DNA of 64,000 nucleotides from Batkoa obscura (Eukaryota): NCBI GenBank assembly GCA_030770535.1, contig JASVEC010000016.1, positions 930,001 to 994,000 of the forward strand, read 5' to 3'. Shown piece by piece: positions 40,711 to 53,233 of this stretch (position 1 is its first letter; each line of letters starts with the position of its first letter). The notes under the pieces were generated by a model. It saw only the letters and a program-made list of their open reading frames with translations, ran no database searches and was not told where the DNA came from. The position numbers and the translations under genes were made by a program.

Positions 40711-42734
40711 TGAGTTTGATAAAATTTATATAAACAAAAATTTTGTTAATCAAATATGTTTATAAAATCAAAGTAAAATCATCTTTATTTATACCTTTTG
40801 AATTCATATTACATTTTTTGTATCTGTACCTCCTACGTTCCACAAAAAGCTATCTAATTAATTTAGATTTAAGACTTGCTGCGTCACCTTATTTTATTTC
40901 TATTTTCTAGATTATTCGCATTGCTTATTACAAAGTCACCTTAGATAAGTTAATAGTCTCATAAAGATAAGGGGAAACAAATAAATATAAAATGTTATGT
41001 TTATTAGGCTCTTTTATATATCTTTTGCTATATTGTTTTAGAAATTTATAAAAAACTCAAAGACGAATCCAAAATAATCTAAGTCGTGTCTTCAGTAGAA
41101 AGTATAGTAATAGCATGTTTGAATTAATGAAATAGCAATAGAGCACATTTAGAATAGACTATTTATAAATGACAAATTAACTTAATTAGAAATCCAAAAA
41201 TAACAATAAAAAAATTTAGTTTATGCTCATTTATTTATATTGATTTGAGATATTATGTTAAAAATGCAAGTCACCAGTTCTATTTTATTATTTGCCGGTT
41301 TTATATAAAAAAAATCCCGGCTTAGATGATATCAGCCTATCGTTTTCTTTTATTTACCATAGGTTTTCATTATGGAGAAAGATACTTTAGTTTACTAAAA
41401 GCTGATGAGCTTATGTCACTTAAATTATCAAAAAATTTCGGATCAACCTTAATAATAAGAACTTGATACACTCATTATTAAGATTGATCCAAAACTCACA
41501 ATATTAACAAGCATCAAAAATTGATAACTTTGAGTTAAAGGGCAGTAGTAAATATTTGAGCTTGTCAATGCTTCTAATAATCTTCAAAGCGATGTGGTAT
41601 TTCAATACTAATAAGATTTTGTTAAGAACGAGTTGATTGTAGTAATATTTGTAGTAATAACAGTAAATTTTAGTTCGAACAGCACGCTTTGTATTTACTG
41701 AGATATATAAATACATACGGGTGTTCAACTAATGAGATCTTTTTAATAGTAATTTCTAGAGTCAGGTATTTATATTACTGATTCTTCTTACGACTGATGC
41801 TTAAAAATTGGATTGGTTACCATTGTAATTGTAACATCTAGAGTATGGTATTAAGTTTATGTAGCAACTCTATAGAAACTTATCACAATTTAGCTTAAAA
41901 ATACTAGTTGGTTAAAGTCTTATTAGTACTTTCTCTAGATCACATACCGATGTTAGTGTTTATTATAATAAAAAGAAAAGTTAAGGCAACTGTGATACTA
42001 TGGATATTTATAAGAGATAGGTGTAGTTTAAAATGGAGACATTGCTATTAAAAAAAGCAGTTTATTTGAATTAATTTTTGTAAATAGCATTTATTATTAA
42101 AACATAGCAATAGCTGCTTACCTTGAAATTTTCTTAATTTTTGATAGAATTTTAGAGAGAACTTTCACCATTGAATAAACGATTGGAAACATCACATTGA
42201 AGTCGACAGCTGTATTTAGTTTATAGAAATTTCATAGTAAACGAGAGATTGGACTTATTTAATATATAAAGATTTGAAACTAGCTATGTCGATTATAAAC
42301 ATTTTAATAGCAAAATGCAATAAAAATAAGGATACTATTAATTTTATTATTTCTAGCTTTATAATTACATTTTTATTTTAGTCCCTAACATTTATAGTTT
42401 AATGTTGTAGATTTGTTGAATTAATTTTTATTATAGTAAACAAAAAAAACATTATTATTATTGAATATTTATATTATTACGGTTGTTATAAGTAACTTAA
42501 TTGAACAATAACCCAGGTCATATAATGTACGTAATACCCATAAAATTCAAAATAGTGAAATAGTAACTTAATTTTGTATCTATAGTTTAACACTTTATTT
42601 AATCAATATAAGCTACTTTTACTATATTCCATATTTTTAATTTTTCCAAAACACTGAAACAATTATAGTTAAATAGCTTATTTGAAAAAAACAAATTTAA
42701 ATGTATAAGATTAATTTCTTTATTTTGATGAAAC

Positions 42735-43607
42735 TTAACCGTTATATCCATAGCCGCCACTAGTAGGACAATCTTCAACATTGACTTCCCCTCTTCCACA
42801 TGTACCATCGTTTTGTGGCATATTACAAGCGTAAGATCTACCAACATTGGACCAACAGGTGTAGCCATTAGGTCTTCTAAAAGTACCAGCTGGACCGTTT
42901 GGACCAATACATTCAGTATTTGGAGCATTTGGAGGTGGACAAAAAGAATCTTGAATTGGGCAAGTAGTAACATCGATTTCATTGGGACTACATGAATTAC
43001 CACCTGCTGTATAAGGCCTGCAATTGAAGGAACCATCGCCGCCAACAGACCAACAAACATTAGTGCCCGGTCTAGAAAAACTATATCTTTGCCCATCCAT
43101 ACCACGACAGCTAGTAGCTGGTCTATTTCTATCGGGACACACAGGAGGTTTTGGATTAATTGGGCATTCTTTAATATTAAAGGAACCTGGTGGGCAATTG
43201 CCGAAGGGAGGTAATGGGAAAGTACAAGTATAAAAACTATTTACAAACCTCCAACAAGTCAATCTACCTGGATCAGCAAAGGTGCCCGCTGGTCCAGTTG
43301 GGCCATAGCATTGAGTTTCTCCCTTATCTGGTGGTGGACAATTCTTTTTGGGTCCACCATATGGATCTGGGTTACATTTACTTACATCTTCATAACCATA
43401 TGGACACTGACCTTCTGGTCCTAAAGCGGCACAATACCAGTTACCATAACCATCATTATACCAACATGGGAAACCTGGATCTCCAGATTGTTTCATACCT
43501 TCATTACTACGACATGAGGTGCCATTTGGTGGGCATGGATTCTTAAGCCCATTAACAGATGTGATTGCTACCAGAGCAAGGGTTATTAAAGGATTGGTAT
43601 GTTTCAT
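42735..43607 (-). CDS. Secreted Cys/Pro/Gly-rich protein with four six-Cys repeats
   Basis: Signal peptide. Four ~65-aa units of the form CP..T.C.G....F..PG..CW.....Y/F.C......C......CP. Confidence 0.8.
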   Translation of the reverse strand: MKHTNPLITLALVAITSVNGLKNPCPPNGTSCRSNEGMKQSGDPGFPCWYNDGYGNWYCAALGPEGQCPYGYEDVSKCNPDPYGGPKKNCPPPDKGETQCYGPTGPAGTFADPGRLTCWRFVNSFYTCTFPLPPFGNCPPGSFNIKECPINPKPPVCPDRNRPATSCRGMDGQRYSFSRPGTNVCWSVGGDGSFNCRPYTAGGNSCSPNEIDVTTCPIQDSFCPPPNAPNTECIGPNGPAGTFRRPNGYTCWSNVGRSYACNMPQNDGTCGRGEVNVEDCPTSGGYGYNG

Positions 43608-44126
43608 TAGTATTTAAGTTTAAATCTCAGATTTAATGTAAAAAACAAAACACTTTTCTTACTTTTATACTTTTTTTATTAAAGATCTTCCTCAGTGTTA
43701 GCTCTTTCTCATGCTGGTTTAATTGATTGGCAATATTAAAGATATCTGTCATTTTTTATTTTAGGGATCATCCAAATTTACCTTTTTAGTTAAAGATTCA
43801 AATTTACTATATTTTTTGGTATCCTTTTTGATTGGTAAGCAAGTTTAAATTTTAAAATTTAAAATATTAGAAACCAATCTGACTTAGAAAAGCGGATGTT
43901 AAAAATTTTCGAGTATAGCAATATTAAAAAATTATTTCCAAAGTAGCAACTTATTAGCCTGGAAGCTATTTAGCCAATTAAATATCTAGATCATCTGTTA
44001 TTCAACTCTAATTGAGTTTAAACGTTTTTAAAGTTTCAACTTAATTGGCTATATAAACCTCCAAGCACTAAACCAACAAAGACTTTTCAAAATTAACTTT
44101 ATAACTTCATTAACTTGCTATAATTA

Positions 44127-46177
44127 ATGGATCCTTACAATCCGAACAACAATTACGGTAAGCATATCCAAAACGAGGATTTAAAAAAGAAATATTAAAA
44201 GAAATTTAGGCTACCAACCACCACCAAACTCTGGGATGCCTCCACCTGGATATATGCCTCCACCAATGAATTACATGGCTCCGCCACCAATGCCAGGTCC
44301 ATATGGTCCTGGGGGCTATAATCCCAACTTAGGTTATGCTTATCCTCCACCTAACTTTGCTCCATCAGGCATACCACCGCCTTTTATTTCAAGACCACCT
44401 ATGCCAGTTATGCAACAACAACCAACAGGTCCAATTTTAACATTGTTTATTGGAGGTATTAATAAAGGAGTGACAGACGAATCAATGGAAAAGATATTGA
44501 GAGTAAGTATAGGCTAATTATATGTAAGAATAATGATTAAATTTAAAATAGTGCGTTGGAACTTTATTAAAATGGAAACGACTTAAGGATCCAACAAGTA
44601 ATTTACCAAAATCATTTGGGTTTGCTGATTTTGATGAACCCAAAGCAGTACTTCTTTTGTCTGGATTGGTTAAAGACAAGCAAATTAAATTGCCTTCACC
44701 AGCACAGGGAGTTGAGCCTAAGTCAATTATGGTAAGTTGATTTTACTTTGTTAGATTTATGATAATTGTTTATTAGGTCAAATATGAAGAAGACGTTGAA
44801 AAGGTACTTGAAAAATATAAAAGAGATAACAAAATCAAGGTGAGTAATGCTGCCTATTATAAAATAAAGATTAACATAAATAAAATTTAGGAGTTAGACG
44901 ATGATCTAATTAATGAAGTACACGACAAAGTACAACAAGTTATTTCAGAAATGGAAGGCTATGTGGAGCCCAATAGCAAAGCGGACGGGGAAGGTAAAGA
45001 GGAGGAAAAAAATGGAAAAAAATATATAAGCGATAGCGAAGATAGCGATTTTAGCGAAGAAGAAAGACAAATATTAAGATATAAAGAACAAGAAATCCAA
45101 AGGCAACGTAGCCGTAGTGAAGAATATTATCAAAATTTAAAACATTGGGAAGAAAGAGAACTTTATAGAGGCAAATCTTATGAGAAAAGTAGGATTAGAG
45201 ATAGGGAATCTGAAGAAAGAAGAGAACAAGATAGGGCTGAACATTATTTAAGATTTAAAGAATGGGATGATGATAAAGAGTTGGAGTTGGGTAGAGAAGA
45301 TTATTATAAGGATAGGTAAATAGCAAATTATTTGTCTAAAAAGCAATGCTTACAGTTTTAAGGTCACGCTGGTGGGAAAGAAGAAAGCAAATAAGACAAA
45401 GGGAATTGGAAGAAGATGCAATTGATCGAATGAAAGAAAAGAAAGAAAAGAATCCAGAAGACACAAAGATAGAAGAAGAAGAAGAAATTAAAAAAGAAGA
45501 AAAAGAAGAGAAAGAGGAGTTTAAAGCAAAAGTTAAAATTAATTTTATTAACCCAATATTAAAGAAAGTACAAAAAGAAACAAGTAACACTGGGAATACT
45601 TCGCCAGCTATTAGTACCTTTTCTAATCCTATGGATGATGATGATGATACGTATTCAAATAACCGAACCAAAAGAGTACTCATTCCATTGGAATATTCTG
45701 ATGAGGAAGATCATAATAAAAAGAGCAGGAGAGAAAGATTAAGTGAAAGACAAAAGAAAGAAGAAATCAAAAAGCTAATGAATCGGATACCACCTGATCA
45801 CGTAAAATTATGGGAGTGGAAAATTCGTTGGAAGTATTTATCTGAGGTAAGGATAATATAGTGAATTACTAGTTAGACGTTAATTAGATTTTTAGGGTGC
45901 ATTGACCAAAATTATGAACTTTGCGGATAAAAAGATAATTGAATTTTTAGGTGAAGAAGAAAAAAGTATTTCATCTTTTATTAAAAGACATTTAAAAAAT
46001 CATCTCTCTGCTGAAGAACTTAAATTGGAATTGGAAAAGGTAAGCAATCCAAATGCCGTTATTTAACAGCTTCTAAGTTTTTTTTAGGTACTGGAAGAAG
46101 AAGCTATCACCTTTGTTTCCAAAATTTGGAGAATGTTGATCTTTGAAACGGAAGCTAGATACTTGAATTTATTATAA
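44127..46177 (+). CDS. RBM25/Snu71-like U1-associated splicing factor (Pro-rich, RRM, charged region, PWI), multi-exon
   Basis: TLFIGGI, WKRLKDP..KSFGFADF, IPPDHVKLWEWKIRW, KIIEFLGEEE, VLEEEA..FVSKIWRMLIFETEA. Confidence 0.9.
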
Positions 46178-46415
46178 AGTTAGCTTTTAGTTTGAGAAAG
46201 TAATTTTTATCTCTTCTATGATTGTTTTAACCTTGTTTTAACAAGTTTATACTTTTTAAATAGTAATAAAATTTTAAGTGTTAATAATAGTTTGAATCTA
46301 TATACAAAAAGTTTTAATATTTTGTTTAAATATATGTTTATTATTATTTATTTGATTAACAGTTTGTTTAAAGTTATCTACATAGAGCATAAGTATTAAA
46401 GTTTCATATTATAAT

Positions 46416-47384
46416 TTAAATTTGATCAATTATAGCAGGAGTGATTGCAGTTTGAAGAGCTTTGTTTGTAGCAGCTGCATCTTCACCGATTTCTCCATTT
46501 GCACCAGAATTAAATGGCATAAAGATAACTTTTGATCCGGAAGTTCTAGCCATTTGTTGCATAGTTTCCAAATAACGAATCTGAATAGCAGCTGGTGAAT
46601 TAAGGATATCAGCTGCTTCTCTCATCAATTTAGCAGAATCAACTTCAGCTTGAGCAGCAATAACTCTAGATTCACCGATACGTTTAGCTTGAGCTGCACT
46701 AGATAAATTCTCTTGAAGGTCACGAGAAAATACCAAATCTTTAATTAACACAGATTCAACTTTAACACCCCAACTAGCTGCTGGTGCACTAATAATATCT
46801 TCAATATCCTGTGCAATTTCATCACGATTTTCAATACAATCTTGTAATGAACGTTGACCAAGTACAGCACGAATGGTAGTTTGGGCTCTTTCCATTAAAG
46901 CAAATTGAACATTAGAGACACCAAAATTTGCTTGGTATGGGTCAACAATGTGCCAATAAAGAACACAGTCAATAGTGATATTAACATTATCTTTGGTCAT
47001 AATACTTACATTTGCGATATTTATAATTTGGATCTTTATATCGATAAAGTTCATACTTTCAGTACATGGATTAACCCAAGTTAAACCAGGATCACTAGTA
47101 CGTAGATATTTACCAAATCTTGAAATTAAACCTACTTCACCTTGGTTAACTGATCTGTAAGGATTTGGGAAACAGAAACATATTGGGATAGAGCCTAAAG
47201 TACCTAAACAATCACCCAACCCAGTCATGAATTTCTCATAGAAGGAGACATTAGGATCGTAAGGCAGTTCGCTAGCGAATCTCACTCCTACATTTTGTTG
47301 AGGGGTAGGCTGAGGAGTAGGTTGATCTTGAATAGTATAGTTAATGTTTTCCATTGATGGATTTAAAAGAGGATTTATTGACAT
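46416..47384 (-). CDS. Stomatin/band-7 (SPFH) family protein, copy B
   Basis: Nearly identical to 10276..11202. Start could be 47384 or 47354. Confidence 0.92.
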   Translation of the reverse strand: MSINPLLNPSMENINYTIQDQPTPQPTPQQNVGVRFASELPYDPNVSFYEKFMTGLGDCLGTLGSIPICFCFPNPYRSVNQGEVGLISRFGKYLRTSDPGLTWVNPCTESMNFIDIKIQIINIANVSIMTKDNVNITIDCVLYWHIVDPYQANFGVSNVQFALMERAQTTIRAVLGQRSLQDCIENRDEIAQDIEDIISAPAASWGVKVESVLIKDLVFSRDLQENLSSAAQAKRIGESRVIAAQAEVDSAKLMREAADILNSPAAIQIRYLETMQQMARTSGSKVIFMPFNSGANGEIGEDAAATNKALQTAITPAIIDQI

Positions 47385-47679
47385 TGCTAAAAAACCAAAC
47401 TGCTTTTATACTTAGGATTTTTATAAGTTTCTACTTTGCATTATTTTGCTTAGTCTAGATTTAATCTAAATACATTTGCATGTCCAATAGCTATGGAGTT
47501 CTACTAAGTTCATAGTTTCTCTTATATTTAAAATTTTAAAATTCTCAAAATTAAATGTGTATTCTATATAGAAACAATAGTTTTAATTTCCCCGTTCTAA
47601 TTACTAGAATAGTAGACTGATAGAGTTTTATTTTAAATACGATTAACACTTCAATCCAATTATAATTGGTTAATGATAT

Positions 47680-47775
47680 GGGGATGTTTTTTAGTTTCAT
47701 CACCTTTCCATCTTTTAAGTACTATTTGAGTGGAAAGACTGTTAGTAAAATTCTTAAACACAAAAATACATCCCC
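47680..47775 (+). mobile_element. MITE copy, ATAT TSD
   Basis: atat|ggggatg...catcccc|atat; absent from the paralogous site near 11505. Confidence 0.9.
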
Positions 47776-48736
47776 ATATATTTGGAATATTTATTTTGAA
47801 GCAATCAATTTTATTATTCTCTCATCTTGTCCTCTCACTAATTAGCTTTGAGCATGGAAGGACCCGATTTTTAGCCTTAAAAACTCTGCCTAAAGCCTGA
47901 AAGGCTTAGCTCGGCGCTTTTAGTTTAACCATATATGGATTGTTATTTTAAAAGTTTCTGGGGGTTAAAGTATTCTTCATCAGTTATATGAATTAATAAA
48001 TAAAAATTGATGATATCAAGGAGGACTATATGACAGTAGCCATACCAACAGATAATGGGGACAAATCATAGTTAAAACTGTAACTATATCCAGGTTTGGC
48101 TAAAATTGTATTATTCTCTTAGTGGAATTAAAGTAGGGATTTCTCATAGCAATCTGCATTGTTTTGTTTATTCTAAATAGATAGTAATTTATTAGTTTTA
48201 GATACTCGGCGATCTTAAATAAGGATCAATATCTATCTTCTTACTTATGATAGCTTAGATACAGGGGTACTCTTTCTATTTTAGTATTTAGTTAGAGATT
48301 TTTAAAAATTCAAATGTGTAAAAATAGACAAAGATTAAAAATGATTGCACATTTATGCCTTTTAATAACCTGCTAGAGCTTATGATAAAAACTATTACGA
48401 TTTAAAAGTCCAAAAGCCGAAAAGTATTCTATAAATACTTAAAAAACTATACATGGAATGTAACTCCTATTTATACAATAGAGTTTCTTCATAAAATTAA
48501 AGTGAAACTTTTTTGTTAAAAAACGTTGGGTTTTTTACATAAGGTATTTTGTATAAAGCTTCAGTTTTTTGTATAATTATTTTATTATTATCAAGTTTCA
48601 TAGTTAATAAATGGTAACTTTATTTAATTATGTATTAAGATATTTCAATTTATTGAAAAAAGCTTTATTAATATTTAATTTAATAATTATAATAAATAAT
48701 AACGAAACAATAAGCTTATAAACAACATTAGCATAT

Positions 48737-48834
48737 GGGGATGTATTTTTGTATTTAATAATTTTACTAATAATTTTTCCATGTAAACAACGCTTAAAAG
48801 ATGGAAAAAGTAATGAAGCAAAAAAAACATCCCC
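48737..48834 (-). mobile_element. MITE copy, ATAT TSD
   Basis: atat|ggggatg...catcccc|atat. Confidence 0.9.
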
Positions 48835-49381
48835 ATATTTATTTATTAATATAAAAATTTTAAGATTGAGCATTTAAAAATTTAAAAAAATAAACAAAAA
48901 ATCTAAAAAATATGTAACTTTAACACCAATAATGTAGTCAACTAATTATAACAAATGTGAGTATCTTTTACCTATTACCTTTGCTATTTTTTCAAAGTTT
49001 AAATTAACCAATGTAGCTGTTTAAGTTTAGGTGTGTGCTGCTAAATAATGAATTTATAACCTATTTGTTCTATTATAATAATTTGAGGTTTGTTAATTTT
49101 ATTTTGTTTTAAAATGAGCCGTTAGCTAGCACATATATAAGCTTGGATAGCGGTACTGACTAATTAATTTTCAGATTTAAAAAGATAATAAAAGGACAAT
49201 TGGTAAAAAACATCCCCACGTCTTTAAAAATTAAACAAATGAATTAATTAAAATTAAAAACCAAATTGACAAAAAGTTATTCAATAGCTCACAAATAATT
49301 AACCTTGTTTTAAATTTTAAATTTTAAATTTACATAGGTAGCTATTAAGCAGTTGATTAACTATTTTAGAATCTTACATTT

Positions 49382-49478
49382 GGGGATGTATTTTTTTACT
49401 TAAGAATTTTACTACAATTTTTCCACTCAAATAGTGCTTAAAAAATGGAAAGATAATGAAACTAGAAAAAACAGCCCC
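49382..49478 (-). mobile_element. MITE copy, ATTT TSD
   Basis: attt|ggggatg...cagcccc|attt. Confidence 0.9.
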
Positions 49479-49723
49479 ATTTACTAGATAAGTCCTATAT
49501 TTTTATTTTATTAGGCTTTTATTTACAAAGTGTAAATATTTAGTAAAATGATTTTTCTCAAGCTTTATAGTGAGTGATAAAGGGTTTACTACTTCCTTGC
49601 ACTATGCTTGTAACTCAACAATATCTAAACTCTCTACTGTGAGAACTTCATTAGTTGCTTTATTTGTGATTAGGATGACAAAAGTACACTTCAATCTTGG
49701 CATCAAATGGATTAACTTTAAAT

Positions 49724-49924
49724 AAAGATGTTCTTTTGGTTTCATCACTTTTTCCATTTTTTAAGTACTATTTGAGTGGAAAGATTGGTAGTAAAGTTCT
49801 TAAACAAAAAAACATATGGGGATGTATTTTTGTATTTAAGAATCTTACTGGCAAATTTTCCACTTAAATAGCACTTAAAAATTGGAAAAAATAATGAAGT
49901 CAAAAAAGACACTCCCATATCCTC
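49724..49924. mobile_element. Nested MITE pair: inner copy 49818-49916 (-) inserted in the right end of an outer copy (+)
   Basis: Outer copy flanked by AAAT/AAAT; inner copy flanked by ATAT/ATAT. Confidence 0.85.
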
Positions 49925-49931
49925 AAATAAC

Positions 49932-50960
49932 AATATATAATAGGAGGTTGATTAATCAAGATTCCCTCTATTTATGAACTGATTTAGCATTATATGATAT
50001 TCGATTACATACCGTGTCTTTACTGAAGTTACCTTACCTTAAAAAACCTAGTGTAGTATGCAATTTTATAGAATAGCAAGTTTTAGCATTGTCATTATGG
50101 TGCTGCTTTCTGAATGTTTATATTGAGGTTAATCTACAATTGATTTTGATTCATAACATCAAAATTACTAAAAAGAATTGAAATAGTCTATTAGGCAGTT
50201 CTGGTATTATTGGTCTTATTAATTTATATTCCATCATTAATTAATACTAAATTTACTCATTTTTAATCGTTTATTTATTCTTTTTAGCATTAAGCAATTA
50301 AACTACAGTGACTATTACGGATGTTATATATCTGGTGCTAAAGCGGAAGCTGCTTGTAGAAAATATTTGATTTCTTTCCAAATCAACTATGAAGATTATT
50401 ATCTATGATTTGTCTTATTGTTGTAGCTATTGCAATGATATTGAAACTAAATTATAATACAAACCTTATAAACGTAAATTCTAATACATCAAAAAAAGCT
50501 ATAAAATTAATGCAAATGATGAGATACAGGATGTAATAGCGAAATCATTCTCCACTTTAATAAGGAATAATCCCTTTTATTTAGTTTACTATATCCTTCG
50601 ACTATGGTTATTTCACATTTTGTTGGAATGATGTCACAGATTTATTATGATTTTAGTTCTAGCAATAACGAAGTGCTAGATCAATAGACTTTTATTGTCT
50701 TTTCATCAGCAGGTTTATTGAATTTTGCTTCAATCCAACCATCTACAAGGCTGTTGAATCAGTTTGTTACAGGGTTTTCAAGAAGGATAAAACCCACTTC
50801 AAGGAAAGCAGTTCTATTTTCATTTGTATTTCCTATTTTATTGATTTATTGTAGATATTCATGGTTTGCGACTAAACTAATCTAGTGATACGTCATCGCA
50901 AAGCAATCTAGAAAGCGGGGAAGTGAATGACCACAGTTCAGGCATTGCTAATATTGAAAT
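49932..50960 (+). pseudogene. 7TM GPCR-like pseudogene 3, syntenic with pseudogene 2
   Basis: YNRRLINQDSLYL*, VCNFIE*, CFLNVYIEVNLQLILIHN. 3' end gaaagcggggaagtga matches gaaaagcgggaaagtga at ~16075. Confidence 0.6.
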
Positions 50961-51693
50961 CATTATAGTTTGGTTTAAGTTAATACTGCTCTATCATATT
51001 GTATTTTAGTATTATTTTATAAATAAAAGTATCATATTAATGCTTATATTTCTACAATAATATTTTAACTTTTCTGTTTTCAATTATTTTGAATTCAAAT
51101 CTCACAGCAATTTAAAACCAAAATCAAAAGTAAAAATATTTTAAACTATAATTGGATTACAAGTTATTCAGAATATGAGGATCCTGGGACTATAAATATA
51201 TAAAATGGATAACTACAACTCATAGATAACGACTCAGATAAATACATATCCTAACTTCTATTCGAAAACAAATTCAAAAGTTTTCCTTCTATTTCAAATT
51301 GTTATGCAAAAACACTTATTATCAATGAGTACATCTATTAGATAAAGATATAAAAAAATCTTGACTAAACATTAAAATACAATGGCTTTATTGAAGGGGA
51401 TAAGATGAGATTTTACTACGTTAAACCACTCCAAAAGAGGTATGAATATAACTCTGCTAAGGTAGCAGCTCATAGTTACCATAAAAATACAATAAATAAG
51501 CAATTATCCTACATGTAAAAGATACTTCTTTATATAAGTCTCGGCTATTTAAAATCTCAAATTTATTGTTAAAGTTTATCGCTCATAGATTAATAACTTT
51601 ATATTTATTAACCAATGGTAAAGTATGAGTAATTTAATTCATGGCTGCCGTATATCTAGATGCAAGGTAAAAAGAACGAAATAGCTTTCATGA

Positions 51694-53233
51694 TTATAAT
51701 TCAAAGCGTTTTAAACAGCCGATATAATTTTCTACTAAAGAGCAAATAAAAATAATCCAAGAGAACATAATCAGCAATATTGTTAAAAGTGTAAACAACT
51801 TTTGCCAAACGGTGCCTTCCTTTAATTCCTTGAAAGCTTGACTGACTAGTAATTCATCACAATATTTCTCAACTAATTGCTTACAGCGCTTTAATGAAGT
51901 ATAAAATATATCAAATATAAAACGTCTATTACAAAAGGTATAAACTAATGTCATGAATAATGTTATATTTGCAACTTCAAACAATATTCTCATAGCTAGA
52001 ATGTATTTACTACTAGAATCGATGCCTTTTAAATGATATAAAGCTAAACGAAAAAGAGCTACACGTATTGATAATCTTATCTTATGGGTATCTATCCTAG
52101 TACCTACTAATTCAGGAGACAAAAGTAAAGGAATATATGGAGTTAAGGAAATTGGGGCAATAGTAAAAGAGAAGGAAAGAAGGATTAATTCGACATAGAT
52201 AGAAACTTTACTCCAAGCTAATAAACCTATTGAGAGTATGACAAGTATAGCTAAAGTAATAACATACAATGATTGGCAACTGAAGAAATCAATAGAAAAC
52301 CCACTTAAAGGAGAGAGCGCAATTGGTAGAACTAATGAAACAGATGAGGTTCAGACTACAGCCTCATCTGTCATAAATTTTTCGGCTTTGGTCTTACCAT
52401 AAATAAGTTTTAGATACAAATTTAGTAACGGATACAATAAATGGATCCCATCCCCACCTAAGAAGAAAGTTGTATATGACATAATACAAGTCCCAGCTGG
52501 CAAACAAAACAGATGCTTGATAAAAAAATTAGCCTTTTTTACTTCTTCACTAACATATTCATCCCAAAAATGATGTAACACAAAAGTATAAATTACGATA
52601 GCAATCCATGAAATACCACAAATACCAACTGAAAGCCAGGGACCACTACCATAAAATCTTGGTTTAACTGCTACATTAGCTACAATTCCTTGAGCTAAGA
52701 AGGAAAAAAGATGTGACGAACTAATTTGTAAGCCAATAGCACCAGGCATAATAATAGTAGAAAAACATTTTCCTAACATAGTTTTTTGTACAAATGCAAT
52801 AATACTGGGCCCTGAATCATGGATAGTATGCCCAGCACCGATTATAGAAAAAGACTTAATGTGAGAGGAAATAGCAATGACAATATCTACAAGAAGAGTC
52901 AAAGAGAGGCTATCAGTGAACCAGGAGCTACTCCAAACCTATTTGTAAAAATACCCTCAATAATGATACAATATTATTAATTAAGTATAATACGGCTTAA
53001 GCAACGCCATGTTGGATATTATTTAGCCCTTGTTCCTTTTTTAAAGTTCTCTTTGGCGAGCTCAATGTGTTTGGTGCGAAATGAAATCCAATTGAAAAGA
53101 AAACAGTATAGAATAAAGCCAGTGCTTTATAAAACCATTTTTTATTAGAAAGTAGTTTTGATTTGTTTTATTCAGTATCAACATCTAATTTGAGATTGTT
53201 AATATCAAATTATTTTTCATTATTTTTGCTCGT
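51694..53233 (-). pseudogene. Pseudogene paralog of the MFSD1-like transporter
   Basis: Colinear with 16650..18191 (WLSVGICGISWIA, PELVGT, LVEN). Start codon lost, with stops and frameshifts. Confidence 0.9.
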
